Positions 1 to 8,966 of a DNA stretch of 64,000 nt are shown piece by piece; the stretch's first letter is position 1; the number at the start of each line of letters is the position of its first letter. This stretch comes from Woeseiaceae bacterium (GTDB lineage: Bacteria; Pseudomonadota; Gammaproteobacteria; Steroidobacterales; Woeseiaceae). A program made the position numbers and the translations under genes. The stretch lies in the NCBI GenBank assembly GCA_965232445.1, contig OZ246973.1, forward strand, positions 2,483,874 through 2,547,873. Direction: 5' to 3'. The notes under the pieces are model-generated. The model made no database searches. It had not been told where the DNA came from and worked only from the letters and a program-made list of their open reading frames with translations.

Positions 1-81
1 GGCTTCGCGTTCTCACTTGCGGCTTCGCCGCTGCCTGAGTCGAACAGGGTCCGAAAGCCCATACCTCACTCGGCGAGCATT

Positions 82-105
82 AAAAAAGGGGCCGGATGGC
101 CCCTT
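82..105 (-). terminator. Rho-independent terminator downstream of tRNA-Ser
   Basis: Read on the minus strand: AAGGGGCC-ATCC-GGCCCCTT followed by a T-run. It lies about 10 nt 3' of the tRNA CCA end. Confidence 0.75.
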
Positions 106-113
106 ATTTAATG

Positions 114-205
<92 letters not shown>

Positions 206-378
206 GACTCTGGCCGCTCACGCAGAGCGGGCGGCGATTGTACGGGAAATACGGGCTGTAAGGCCAGAGCCTACGCCCGTGCCCGCGGATTCGGCGGATA
301 CGGACAGGGGTCTGGCCTCGTGGCGCGCGGTCGTCCACCGGTGTATCGTGTTCCAGCCTCGCCCCTCATGCGGAGATC

Positions 379-2127
379 ATGGCCAGGAAGACCTTCCACT
401 TCATCATGATCAAGCCGTCCCACTACGACGACGACGGCTACGTAATCCAGTTCTATCGCTCGGCGATGCCCTCCAATACGCTGGCCACGCTGCACGGGCT
501 GGCGGAGGACTGCCGGCAGCGCAAGGTGCTCGGCGACGATGTCGACCTGCATTTCACGGCAATCGACGAGACCAACAAGCGGGTGCGCGTCGACAAGCTG
601 ATCCGTCAGATCAGGCGCGACGGCGGTCTTGGGCTGGTCGGGCTGATCGGCGTGCAGTCGAACCAGTTTCCGCGAGCGATGGATCTTGCACGCCGGTTTC
701 GGGCGGCAGGCATTCAGGTATGTATCGGCGGATTCCATGTGAGCGGTTGCATGGCCATGCTGTCCGAGCTGACCGACGAGCTCAGGGAGGCATTGGACAT
801 CGGCGTGTCGCTTTTTGCCGGTGAGGCCGAGGGACGATTGGAGAGGGTCCTCAAGGACGCTCTCGAGGGCAAGCTCCAGCCAGTCTACAACTACATGCCG
901 GACCTTCCTGATCTTGCCGATGCTGTGACACCGATGCTCGACGCAAGCGTCGTCAAGCGAACGGCCGGTGCTCAGGCGAGTTTCGATGCAGGTCGCGGTT
1001 GTCCGTATCTCTGCAGCTTCTGCACGATTATCAATGTGCAGGGCCGCAAATCGCGCTACCGCAGCGCGGACAGTATCGAGAAGATCATCCGGGCCAACTA
1101 CGAGCAGGGTATCCGGCGCTTCTTCATCAGCGACGACAACTTCGCCCGCAACCAGAACTGGGAAGAGATCTTCGATCGCATCATCGAATTGAGGAAGACG
1201 ATGGGCGACGATTTCAATCTTGTCTTGCAGATTGACACCGCCTGTCACCGTATTCCGAATTTCATCGACAAGGCCGTGCGTGCCGGGACAAAGCGCGTGT
1301 TCATTGGCCTGGAGAACATCAACCCCGAGAGCCTGAAAGGTGCCCAAAAGGGTCAGAACCGGATTACCGACTACCGGAAGATGTTGCTCGAGTGGAGGCA
1401 GCGCCATGTCATCACTACGGCCGGCTACATCCTGGGTTTCCCCGACGACACGCCGGAGTCGATCGCCCGCGACGTTGAGATCATCAAGCGCGAGTTGCCC
1501 ATCGACATTCTGGAGTTCTTCTTCCTGACGCCGCTACCCGGGTCCGCGGACCACAAGCGGCTGCTGCAGCAGGGCGTCAGCATGGACGCGGACCTCAACA
1601 AGTACGATCTCGCCCACGTGACGACCGTGCACAATCGAATGTCCGAGGACGAGTGGCAGCAAGCGTACAGAGCGGCATGGGACGCGTTCTATACCCACGA
1701 TCACTGCGTAAGGCTGCTCGAGCGAGCCAGAGCGAGCGGCGTTCTGGTCGGCAAAATCGTAGGAACGATCACGTGGTTTTACGGCAGCATCCTGTACGAA
1801 GGCGTGCATCCTCTGGAGTCCGGTCTGTTCCGCATGAAGCACCGGCGCGATCGTCGACCGGGTCTTCCGGTCGAGAACCCACTCATTTTCTATCCAAAGT
1901 ACTTTGGTCAACTGGTCTGGAAGACCTGGCGCCTGGCGCGGCTCTACTACACCTACCATCCCATTCGGCGCAGGCTGGATAGCATGCCGCCGCCGGAACT
2001 CGACGATGTCGCTCTGAAGCCGGTCGATGAGCAGGAACTCGAAGAACTCGATCTGTATCAGGTGAGCGACGCTGCTCGGCAGGCGGCCGATAAGGCCCGT
2101 CGAATCGCAGCGGGGCAAGTTCGCTAG
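379..2127 (+). CDS. B12-binding-domain radical SAM protein (class B-like), specific function unknown
   Basis: 582-aa ORF with the radical-SAM cluster motif CPYLCSFC (CxxxCxxC). It has an N-terminal Rossmann-like region of about 200 aa, as in cobalamin-binding radical SAM enzymes. The frame looks coding, and the overlapping ORFs 96..824 and 271..1407 are artefacts. Confidence 0.85.
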   Translation: MARKTFHFIMIKPSHYDDDGYVIQFYRSAMPSNTLATLHGLAEDCRQRKVLGDDVDLHFTAIDETNKRVRVDKLIRQIRRDGGLGLVGLIGVQSNQFPRAMDLARRFRAAGIQVCIGGFHVSGCMAMLSELTDELREALDIGVSLFAGEAEGRLERVLKDALEGKLQPVYNYMPDLPDLADAVTPMLDASVVKRTAGAQASFDAGRGCPYLCSFCTIINVQGRKSRYRSADSIEKIIRANYEQGIRRFFISDDNFARNQNWEEIFDRIIELRKTMGDDFNLVLQIDTACHRIPNFIDKAVRAGTKRVFIGLENINPESLKGAQKGQNRITDYRKMLLEWRQRHVITTAGYILGFPDDTPESIARDVEIIKRELPIDILEFFFLTPLPGSADHKRLLQQGVSMDADLNKYDLAHVTTVHNRMSEDEWQQAYRAAWDAFYTHDHCVRLLERARASGVLVGKIVGTITWFYGSILYEGVHPLESGLFRMKHRRDRRPGLPVENPLIFYPKYFGQLVWKTWRLARLYYTYHPIRRRLDSMPPPELDDVALKPVDEQELEELDLYQVSDAARQAADKARRIAAGQVR

Positions 2128-2147
2128 TCAGCGTATCGCGGACGGTA

Positions 2148-2759
2148 CTATTCCGGCTCGTTCTCGCAATTCTCAATTCGGAAGTGCGCGCGGAACTGCT
2201 CCTCACCGAGGTGGCTCACAGTTACGGTGTAGATGCCGTCAGTCTTCTCATGAGGCTGATCGATGTCCAGGTATCCGTAGGCATATTTCACGTCACCCAG
2301 TTCACCGGGGACGTTGCCTCTGGAGAAAGGAGAGATCATTGGGCCGCGCATCTCGTTGTACTCTCGGCCGTTCAATTCGACTTCCGAATGAGTCCACCGA
2401 TACCGCAGTATCAATGAGTTCATCAAGGTCCGCGATCTTCCGGTACCGTCGATGTGCACAACAATTGCAAGGTACGGGTCGCCGGCACAGTCCACGGCGA
2501 TAGGCTCTCCCGGTTCAGGAACCGGCCTGAACTCCGTGTCATATCGTGGTGTGCCTCGAAAGTGATAGTAGAGGAATGTCGGCAGACTTTGTGGATCGAG
2601 CGGCGGACCCGACGACTCTGTCGCCGGGGCCCAGAGCGCAATCGGTGTGATGAGCGGTCGATTGTCGGCCGAGCCGTCCGGAGCGCTAGCGGCGCAGGCA
2701 CTCAACGTTCCAGCCACAGCGAAGAGTGCAATAGCGCGCGCGTGACGAAACATCAGCAA
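2148..2759 (-). CDS. hypothetical lipoprotein
   Basis: 203-aa ORF. The N-terminus MLMFRHARAIALFAVAGTLSAC is a signal peptide ending in a lipobox (LSAC). I recognise no family motif. Confidence 0.7.
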   Translation of the reverse strand: MLMFRHARAIALFAVAGTLSACAASAPDGSADNRPLITPIALWAPATESSGPPLDPQSLPTFLYYHFRGTPRYDTEFRPVPEPGEPIAVDCAGDPYLAIVVHIDGTGRSRTLMNSLILRYRWTHSEVELNGREYNEMRGPMISPFSRGNVPGELGDVKYAYGYLDIDQPHEKTDGIYTVTVSHLGEEQFRAHFRIENCENEPE

Positions 2760-2825
2760 TCCGGCCAGGCAATCGTAGTGGCAGTGCCTGGACTGGCATG
2801 GCGGGAACAGCGCGCAATTCTCGGA

Positions 2826-4469
2826 CTACGCGAAATGCCGGTACACGGGCTGGTACATGTACTCGTTGATGGTTGCATGTAGATCGTCTGGCGGCTCCCT
2901 GTCCGTCAACCGGCGCTCCCAGGCAAGTTTAGCAACGTCGTGGGCAATTCTGGCCGAGACTGAGCGGATGCGATTGAGGGACGGGTATACGCGGCCCCGC
3001 TCGAGGTCCGAATCTCGCACCTGATCGGCCAGTGCGTGCGCGGCGGCGAGAAACATTTCGTCCGTCACCCTCCTGGCACCGCTGATGATGGCGCCGAGGC
3101 CCACACCCGGGAAGATGTACGCATTGTTGCCCTGGCCGGGTACGAAGGTCTGATTGTCGACATGCACCGGGTCGAAAGGGCTGCCGCTGGCGAAAATGGC
3201 TCGGCCGTCGGTCCACGTGTACGCCTGCTCCGCCGTGCACTCAGACTTCGATGTCGGGTTCGAGAGCGCGAAGACGATTGGTCGCTCATTGATCTTCGCC
3301 ATCTCGCGCAGGACTTCCTCGTCGAATTCTCCGGGCTGCGCGCAGACGCCGATGATCGCGGTGGGCTTCAGTGTTCGGACAGCCTGTGCGAAGTCGGTGA
3401 TCGTTTCGTGATCGTGGGCATAGGCGCGTTTGTGTTCGGGAATCGATGCTCGGTCGGCGACAACCAGACCCCGAGTGTCGAACAGCCAGCAACGCTTGCG
3501 CGCGTTTGCCTCATCCATTCCCTGTTCCGTCAGGCCGGCGACGATCGTATCGGCGATGCCGACACCGGCCTCACCGGCGCCGAGAAACAGGAAGCGGTGA
3601 TCCGCCAGCGTGTCGCCTGTCAGGCGCAGCGAAGCCAGGATGCCGGCCAGCGCCACGGCGCCGGTGCCTTGAATATCGTCGTCGAACAGGCTGAGCTTGT
3701 CGCGGTATTTCTTCAACAGCCTGAACGCGTTCGTCGTACCGAAGTCCTCGAGCTGCACGAGGATGCCGGGGAACACGCTCTGTACCGCGGACATCAGTTC
3801 GTCGACGAGCTCATCGTAGTCGTCGCCACGCACACGGCGCCGCTCGAGGCCGTTGTACAGCGGGTCGTTGAGCAGATTCTCGTTGTCCGTGCCGACATCG
3901 AGCATGATCGGCAGACAGTGGGTCGGTGGAATGCCCGCGCAGGCCGTGTAGAGAGCGAGCTTGCCGATAGGGATGCCCATGCCGTCTGCGCCAAGATCGC
4001 CGAGTCCGAGGATGCGCTCGCCATCCGTAACGACGATGATCTTCGCGTCCCTGTGGGGCCAGTTCTCGAGGATTTCCTTGATGCGGCCCTTGTCCTCGAT
4101 GGAGATGTAGAAGCCACGCGACTGACGGAAGATGTGCTGGAATTCCTGACACGCCTTGCCGACCGTCGGCGTGTAGATGTACGGCATCATCTCCTCGATG
4201 TGATTCATGACGACGCGATAAAAGAGCGTTTCGTTGCGGTCCTGCAGGGACACCAGGTACAGGTAGCGTTCGAGATCGGTCGCCTTGTCCCTGATGTTGC
4301 TCAGGACACGAAGTTCCTGCTCCGCGATCGAGTGCACTCGCGGCGGCAACAGGCCCCGGAGCTGCAGGTAGTCGCGTTCGGCTTCCGTGTAGGCGGTGCC
4401 CTTGTTGCGTACCGGATCGTGCAGGATTTTCACGCCCCGGTAAGGTGAGGGCGGTGTCTTGGTGGCCAC
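2826..4469 (-). CDS. maeA: NAD(P)-dependent malic enzyme
   Basis: 547 aa with a typical malic-enzyme N-terminus (LHDPVRNKGTAYTEAERDYLQLRGLLPP) and dinucleotide-binding GAGEAGVGIA. Length and layout match the SfcA/MaeA type. Confidence 0.93.
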   Translation of the reverse strand: MATKTPPSPYRGVKILHDPVRNKGTAYTEAERDYLQLRGLLPPRVHSIAEQELRVLSNIRDKATDLERYLYLVSLQDRNETLFYRVVMNHIEEMMPYIYTPTVGKACQEFQHIFRQSRGFYISIEDKGRIKEILENWPHRDAKIIVVTDGERILGLGDLGADGMGIPIGKLALYTACAGIPPTHCLPIMLDVGTDNENLLNDPLYNGLERRRVRGDDYDELVDELMSAVQSVFPGILVQLEDFGTTNAFRLLKKYRDKLSLFDDDIQGTGAVALAGILASLRLTGDTLADHRFLFLGAGEAGVGIADTIVAGLTEQGMDEANARKRCWLFDTRGLVVADRASIPEHKRAYAHDHETITDFAQAVRTLKPTAIIGVCAQPGEFDEEVLREMAKINERPIVFALSNPTSKSECTAEQAYTWTDGRAIFASGSPFDPVHVDNQTFVPGQGNNAYIFPGVGLGAIISGARRVTDEMFLAAAHALADQVRDSDLERGRVYPSLNRIRSVSARIAHDVAKLAWERRLTDREPPDDLHATINEYMYQPVYRHFA

Positions 4470-4613
4470 GACGGCAATCCTTTTTCCGGTTATGCGGTAA
4501 CTCTATCCCGCAAGGGCCGTGCTCTGTCACTGGGAGAGATACCTACGTCTGAAGAGGTAGGGCCGCGACGATGATGGAAGCATGGAAGCAGGAGAGGACG
4601 CCGCGAACCATAG

Positions 4614-4704
4614 AAAAAGGGGCAGCCGAGGCTGCGGGTACACAGAAGAGGGGGCAGCCGAGGCTGCGGACGCAAAGAAAAAGGGGCGGCCGAGGCCGCC
4701 CCTT
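4614..4704 (-). terminator. Array of three tandem GC-hairpin units; the unit nearest the upstream gene is a strong intrinsic terminator
   Basis: Plus-strand units: AAAAAGGGGCAGCCGAGGCTGCGG (4614-4637), GAGGGGGCAGCCGAGGCTGCGG (4648-4669) and GAAAAAGGGGCGGCCGAGGCCGCCCCTT (4677-4704). On the minus strand each unit is a hairpin followed by a T-run. The array sits directly 3' of the metalloprotease gene and 5' of maeA. Confidence 0.7.
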
Positions 4705-4732
4705 GTCCTGGGTCTTGCGTTGGTCGTGCGAA

Positions 4733-7543
4733 CTACGGGTTCGTGAAGATCAACAACTGGAACGACAGGTCGTTCGGGTTGAGGAAATCGAACTGCTCGT
4801 AGGTCGTGCCGACCGCCGACAGGCCTGCCGCACCGGACAGATCCGTCGCGCCCGGATCGACTGCACCGCCGCCTTCGGAGATACCTGCAATGCCGTCAGT
4901 GGCATTGATCTCGCCGTAGCTGATTTGGACGTTGCCGCCCGCATCCAGCGTGACCGTAAAGGTGTTTCCGGTCGAGGCGAAGAACTCCGGCACGTTGTCG
5001 AAGGTGACCGAGAACGCGCCGGCGTCCGAATTGGCAATCACCAGACCGCCCTGATTCGGTGACAGGTCGTCCCAGAGAGGTGCGATTCGCGGCTGGTCGC
5101 CCAGCAGCTCGAAGACGCTCTCGGAGAAGTCCGTATCGCCCGATCCGAAGGTCAGGTTGCCGTTCGAGTTGACGAAGACGCTGCTGTACGTCTGGCCCTG
5201 GAACGGGAAGGCGAATTCCAGCGGAACCTCGACCGACGCATCGTCACCGAGGTTCAGCAGGGTGCCTTCGATCGCCTGGACGCTGACAACGTAGCGGCCC
5301 GTGCTGAGGCCGTCGCCGCTGAAGTCCGTATCGTCGAAGGTCGATACCGCGATGGCATAGGTGCCTGCCTCGCTGATCGGCTGGACGATACGTGACAACA
5401 GGCCGGCGCCGCCGTCGTCGTCGAAGGCGATCTGGGTCGCTTCGATGGTCGGACGACAATCGTCGTCGTCATCGTGCCACCACCAGCCCCATCGCGAGCC
5501 GTAGTCGTCGTCATCGTCGTCGTCGTCGGTACACGGGATGGTTTCCAGTCGATACAGGCCGAGTACGGAGTCGAGCTGGCCGGAGAGTACCTCCGCGACC
5601 ACTGTCGTATCCGCATCGGCATGGAACCGGAACCAGTCGACATCCCCGCCGTCCGGATCGATCTCACTGTAACGGTCGATCGTGTCGAAGGGCAGACGGA
5701 CACGGCGGGCGCGGTCGGCCGAGTCGTTACGCTCGAAGCGGTCGAACTGTGCCTGCGTACCGCGGAATTTCACCCGATCGTTGACGAGATCGTTCGGCGA
5801 CGCCGTCGTGAACTGCTCGAAGATCGCTGCCTCGCGGAACGTTCGGATTGGCTGCCGCAGTGTCGACAGATCGACGGGCTGCTCGAAACCGGACGTGATT
5901 GCGCCGCCACAGCTGTAGCCGACGATGCCGTCGACCGCGGTTGCGTCGCCAACTTCGACTCGAATCCAGCTACCCGGCCAGAACTTGCGGAACGGGTGGT
6001 AGCCGTCGCCGAAGAACTTCCTGAAGATCGACTTGTAGATCGTGATCTCGAAAGTATTGGCGCCAACGTCCGGGAACTCCGGAACCTCGTTGAAGATCAC
6101 CGAGAAGGAGTAGTCGGTCTGATCGAAGGTCACGAAACCGCCGGCGAGCGGATTCAGATCGTCCCAGATACCCGCGATGCGCGTCGGCCCGGCAAGCATT
6201 GCGCCCGAGGACTCGATGAACCCGAACGGATCGCCGCTGCCAAAGGTGACGTTGCCGCTCGTGTTGATGAACAGCGAGTCGAATTCCTGGCCGCAGATGT
6301 CCGCGGTAAAGGGCAGGAACAACTCGATCGAGTCATCGAGACCCAGCGGTAGCGGGTCGCCCGGGCGCGGCGCGTTGAAGATCACGTCGATGTCCGTCGT
6401 CGGGGTCCCGGCAAACGCCGGCACCAGTACCGATTCGGATGGGTCGTCGGGTGCCGCCACGTTGTTGGACTCGTTGCCGCCGTTGTAGAACTCCTCGGGT
6501 CCCGGAAGCGGCACCAGCGGCGTCGTACTGAATCCGCCCTGGATGATGCCGTCGATATGCACCGTGTAGTTAGCCCCAGGCGTCAGACCGTTGATCGTGT
6601 ACTCGCCGGTCACGCCCCGGTCGCCCGAGATCGCCGATACGGCGTCCTCGAAGGGATTGAGGACGTTGCGGGCGATCACGTTGACGCCCGTCAGGGGCGT
6701 CTCGCCGTTCGGGCCGAGAATCGTGCCCGTGATGCTGCCGGACGTTGCGAAGTAGTCCGCCGACGGATACAGGAACGAGTAGAACGCGATGTCATCCGCG
6801 TGCGGCGTTCCCTGACCGCCGCCCACGAGCGCGAACGGGTACATCGTCTCGACCTGGTCCACTGGCGAGAAGCCGTAGGTGTTGAACGGTGCCGGTCCGC
6901 TGGGATCGCCGAAGGCGACGCTCTGACCGTTCACGACCGTATGTCCGAGGCCGCTGTAGTGGCCAAACTCGTGAAAGATCACGGCCTTGAAGTCTTCGAG
7001 CGGGAAGCCGCCCAGGATCGAACCGCCGTTCAGGAAGGACACGGCCTCGATCGGGGTGCCATTGGCGTCGCGGGTGTCCGTGCTCGCAAAACCCAGCACG
7101 CCGCTGACACCGAACAGTGCGACGAAAATCGCACCGTCGTCGTCGTAGGCAATCGGGCTGAAGCCATCCGCGTTGTTCGTGCCGAAGAACAGGTTCTCGA
7201 CGAACGGGAAGAAGTTCGTCTCATCGATGTCGAACGGCATCGGCCCGTTGTTGCTGTAGGTGGCCGTCGCCGAAGGAATGCCCTGCCATCTGGCGAACGC
7301 CGCTTCGGTTTCCGCAACCGCTTCAGTGTAGGTCAGCGGACCGAGTGCCAGCGAGCCAACGCCGCCGGCTGGAACGCCGTCTGGATTGAACGGGATGTTC
7401 GCACCGCCGTTTGGCCAGCGCTCGACATTGTCCGGGTCGTTCGGATTCGGATTGAGAGGACCGCTGCCCAGGGCCGAGGCCGAGAGCGCGGTGAGTGCAC
7501 ATGCCGCGGTGGCGCGGCGAAGCAATGTCTTGATGTCTGCCAT
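4733..7543 (-). CDS. Secreted multidomain zinc metalloprotease (metzincin/matrixin-like) with NIDO-like and pre-peptidase C-terminal-like modules
   Basis: 936 aa with a signal peptide (LTALSASALG) and the metzincin motif HEFGHYSGLGH (HExxHxxGxxH). There are two repeats resembling nidogen-type NIDO modules (FINTSGNVTFG and FVNSNGNLTFG, each followed by PLWDDL or IWDDLNP). A PPC-like segment (GGDVDWFRFHADADTTVV) is also present. Confidence 0.85.
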   Translation of the reverse strand: MADIKTLLRRATAACALTALSASALGSGPLNPNPNDPDNVERWPNGGANIPFNPDGVPAGGVGSLALGPLTYTEAVAETEAAFARWQGIPSATATYSNNGPMPFDIDETNFFPFVENLFFGTNNADGFSPIAYDDDGAIFVALFGVSGVLGFASTDTRDANGTPIEAVSFLNGGSILGGFPLEDFKAVIFHEFGHYSGLGHTVVNGQSVAFGDPSGPAPFNTYGFSPVDQVETMYPFALVGGGQGTPHADDIAFYSFLYPSADYFATSGSITGTILGPNGETPLTGVNVIARNVLNPFEDAVSAISGDRGVTGEYTINGLTPGANYTVHIDGIIQGGFSTTPLVPLPGPEEFYNGGNESNNVAAPDDPSESVLVPAFAGTPTTDIDVIFNAPRPGDPLPLGLDDSIELFLPFTADICGQEFDSLFINTSGNVTFGSGDPFGFIESSGAMLAGPTRIAGIWDDLNPLAGGFVTFDQTDYSFSVIFNEVPEFPDVGANTFEITIYKSIFRKFFGDGYHPFRKFWPGSWIRVEVGDATAVDGIVGYSCGGAITSGFEQPVDLSTLRQPIRTFREAAIFEQFTTASPNDLVNDRVKFRGTQAQFDRFERNDSADRARRVRLPFDTIDRYSEIDPDGGDVDWFRFHADADTTVVAEVLSGQLDSVLGLYRLETIPCTDDDDDDDDYGSRWGWWWHDDDDDCRPTIEATQIAFDDDGGAGLLSRIVQPISEAGTYAIAVSTFDDTDFSGDGLSTGRYVVSVQAIEGTLLNLGDDASVEVPLEFAFPFQGQTYSSVFVNSNGNLTFGSGDTDFSESVFELLGDQPRIAPLWDDLSPNQGGLVIANSDAGAFSVTFDNVPEFFASTGNTFTVTLDAGGNVQISYGEINATDGIAGISEGGGAVDPGATDLSGAAGLSAVGTTYEQFDFLNPNDLSFQLLIFTNP

Positions 7544-8127
7544 TACTGTGCGCCTCCCACGATGTCATGAATGAGGGTGGCGAGCTCCGAGTACAGGATC
7601 GGCTCGTTGCTGGCGTAGGGCACGCTCATGCCGTTGAACAGGCCCGCGTTGTTCACGAGGTTCAACGCGACTCGATCGGCATCGGCACCGTCGAAGTTGA
7701 AGCAGCCCTGGCCCAGTCCCATGGTCGCCGTCAGGCCGGTCGGACCGGGTTGGGCGACGAACAGAAGATATTCCGTGCCCTCGCGAAGGACCGGGAAGTC
7801 GGTGATCGGGTGACGACCGGCGATAACGTCCTTCAGCGAGCCCACCATCGTGACTTCTGTGAAGGTTTCGTCCTTGACGGTCTCGAAACTGCCTTTGAAG
7901 GTTTCGCTGACCCGAATTCTGTAGGTCACGGCCGGTAGCTCGCCGCCACCTGCAGAAACACGGGTTTCGGAGATGCCGATGACCTCCCCGACAAACACAC
8001 GTTCGGATTGCGTAACCAGCTGCTCGAGATTCATCTGCAAGGTGATCGCGGCGTTCGCCGACGAGAACGCCAGCAATGCCGCTGCAAATGACAAGAGAGC
8101 TGTACCGCGTTTGAGTACATTCATCAT
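7543..8127 (-). CDS. hypothetical secreted protein, translationally coupled to the downstream metalloprotease
   Basis: 194 aa with signal peptide MMNVLKRGTALLSFAAALLAFSSANA. Its TAA stop shares one nucleotide with the ATG of the 936-aa gene (TAATG at 7541-7545). Confidence 0.7.
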   Translation of the reverse strand: MMNVLKRGTALLSFAAALLAFSSANAAITLQMNLEQLVTQSERVFVGEVIGISETRVSAGGGELPAVTYRIRVSETFKGSFETVKDETFTEVTMVGSLKDVIAGRHPITDFPVLREGTEYLLFVAQPGPTGLTATMGLGQGCFNFDGADADRVALNLVNNAGLFNGMSVPYASNEPILYSELATLIHDIVGGAQ

Positions 8128-8844
8128 ATAGCCCCCTGATTGAAGGTTAGGAACGTCGTTCGTATTGCTTGTAATTCGCTCCAGGCGCCGAGACTAGCCA
8201 CCGGATTGGACATAGTCCAGGCAGGCGGACGAGGCGAATTTTTGTCGCGTATTGGCCATCGGGATGAGGAAATCAGGCTGCGTCGAGAAGAGGCAGGCAG
8301 GTATCTGACTTATCGAGGGTTCCCGGCAGCGTGATCCGGTCGAAATCGGGTGAGAGCAGCCCAAAATAGCCCTAATTGAGACTTGCAGTCCCAATTGTGG
8401 TCAAAAATTCACCAGGCGATTTGCGCAAGTTTATGTCAAATAGAGGCTATGCGCGCTACCTGTGGGCTCTTTTTCTCAAGTTGCCCGCAGGGTCGGTCAG
8501 TTTGGCGAGGCGCTCTGGGGCGAGTGCGTGCTGTCGTCGCGAACCGGGAGCTGGAAGCTCGAAGACACAAAAGTCAGGAATCGTCGACGCCTTTTTCGCC
8601 ACTTCGCCAGGCTTCGAGCCGGTCCCTCGGTCTCGACAATCCGCAGCGCCATAGACCACGCTTTGTCTGGACGCTATTGACCAGGGGTGCGAGCCGTCGG
8701 CTCGGATCCAGCGCCAGTGGCAGTCCTTATGAGGCGCTTAGCTCTCACGACGTACTCGCCTCATCGGTGACGCCTTTCGTGTCCGTCGGATTCGTGTAGG
8801 GACTCGCTTGTTAAAGACCGGGCGACAGCGGCCTAAGTCATTGA

Positions 8845-8878
8845 TTATCTGGCCAGATAATTTCCGAGCCGGGAAATT
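8845..8878. promoter_or_regulatory. Two adjacent palindromes, candidate operator site
   Basis: A perfect 16-bp palindrome TTATCTGGCCAGATAA (8845-8860) is immediately followed by AATTTCC-GAGCCG-GGAAATT (8859-8878). The pair lies about 90-120 bp upstream of the 8967 start. Confidence 0.35.
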
Positions 8879-8966
8879 TGTGATGAAGTGCGCAGCCTGG
8901 AGTGTGAACCACGCGGTAGTGTGACATATCATTCTTCACGCACCCGCTGTGCAGGGGTCCGAGCCC

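Noticed and set aside
3036-4448. 470-aa ORF antisense to the malic enzyme gene
   Set aside because: It is the mirror frame of a confidently identified gene and has no motifs.
5254-5784. Arg- or Thr-rich ORFs (for example 5392..5784 with RRRRRRRR, and 5254..5703 with TTTMTTTT) overlapping the poly-Asp region
   Set aside because: They are alternative-frame readings of the GAC/GTC microsatellite inside the metalloprotease gene, not independent genes.
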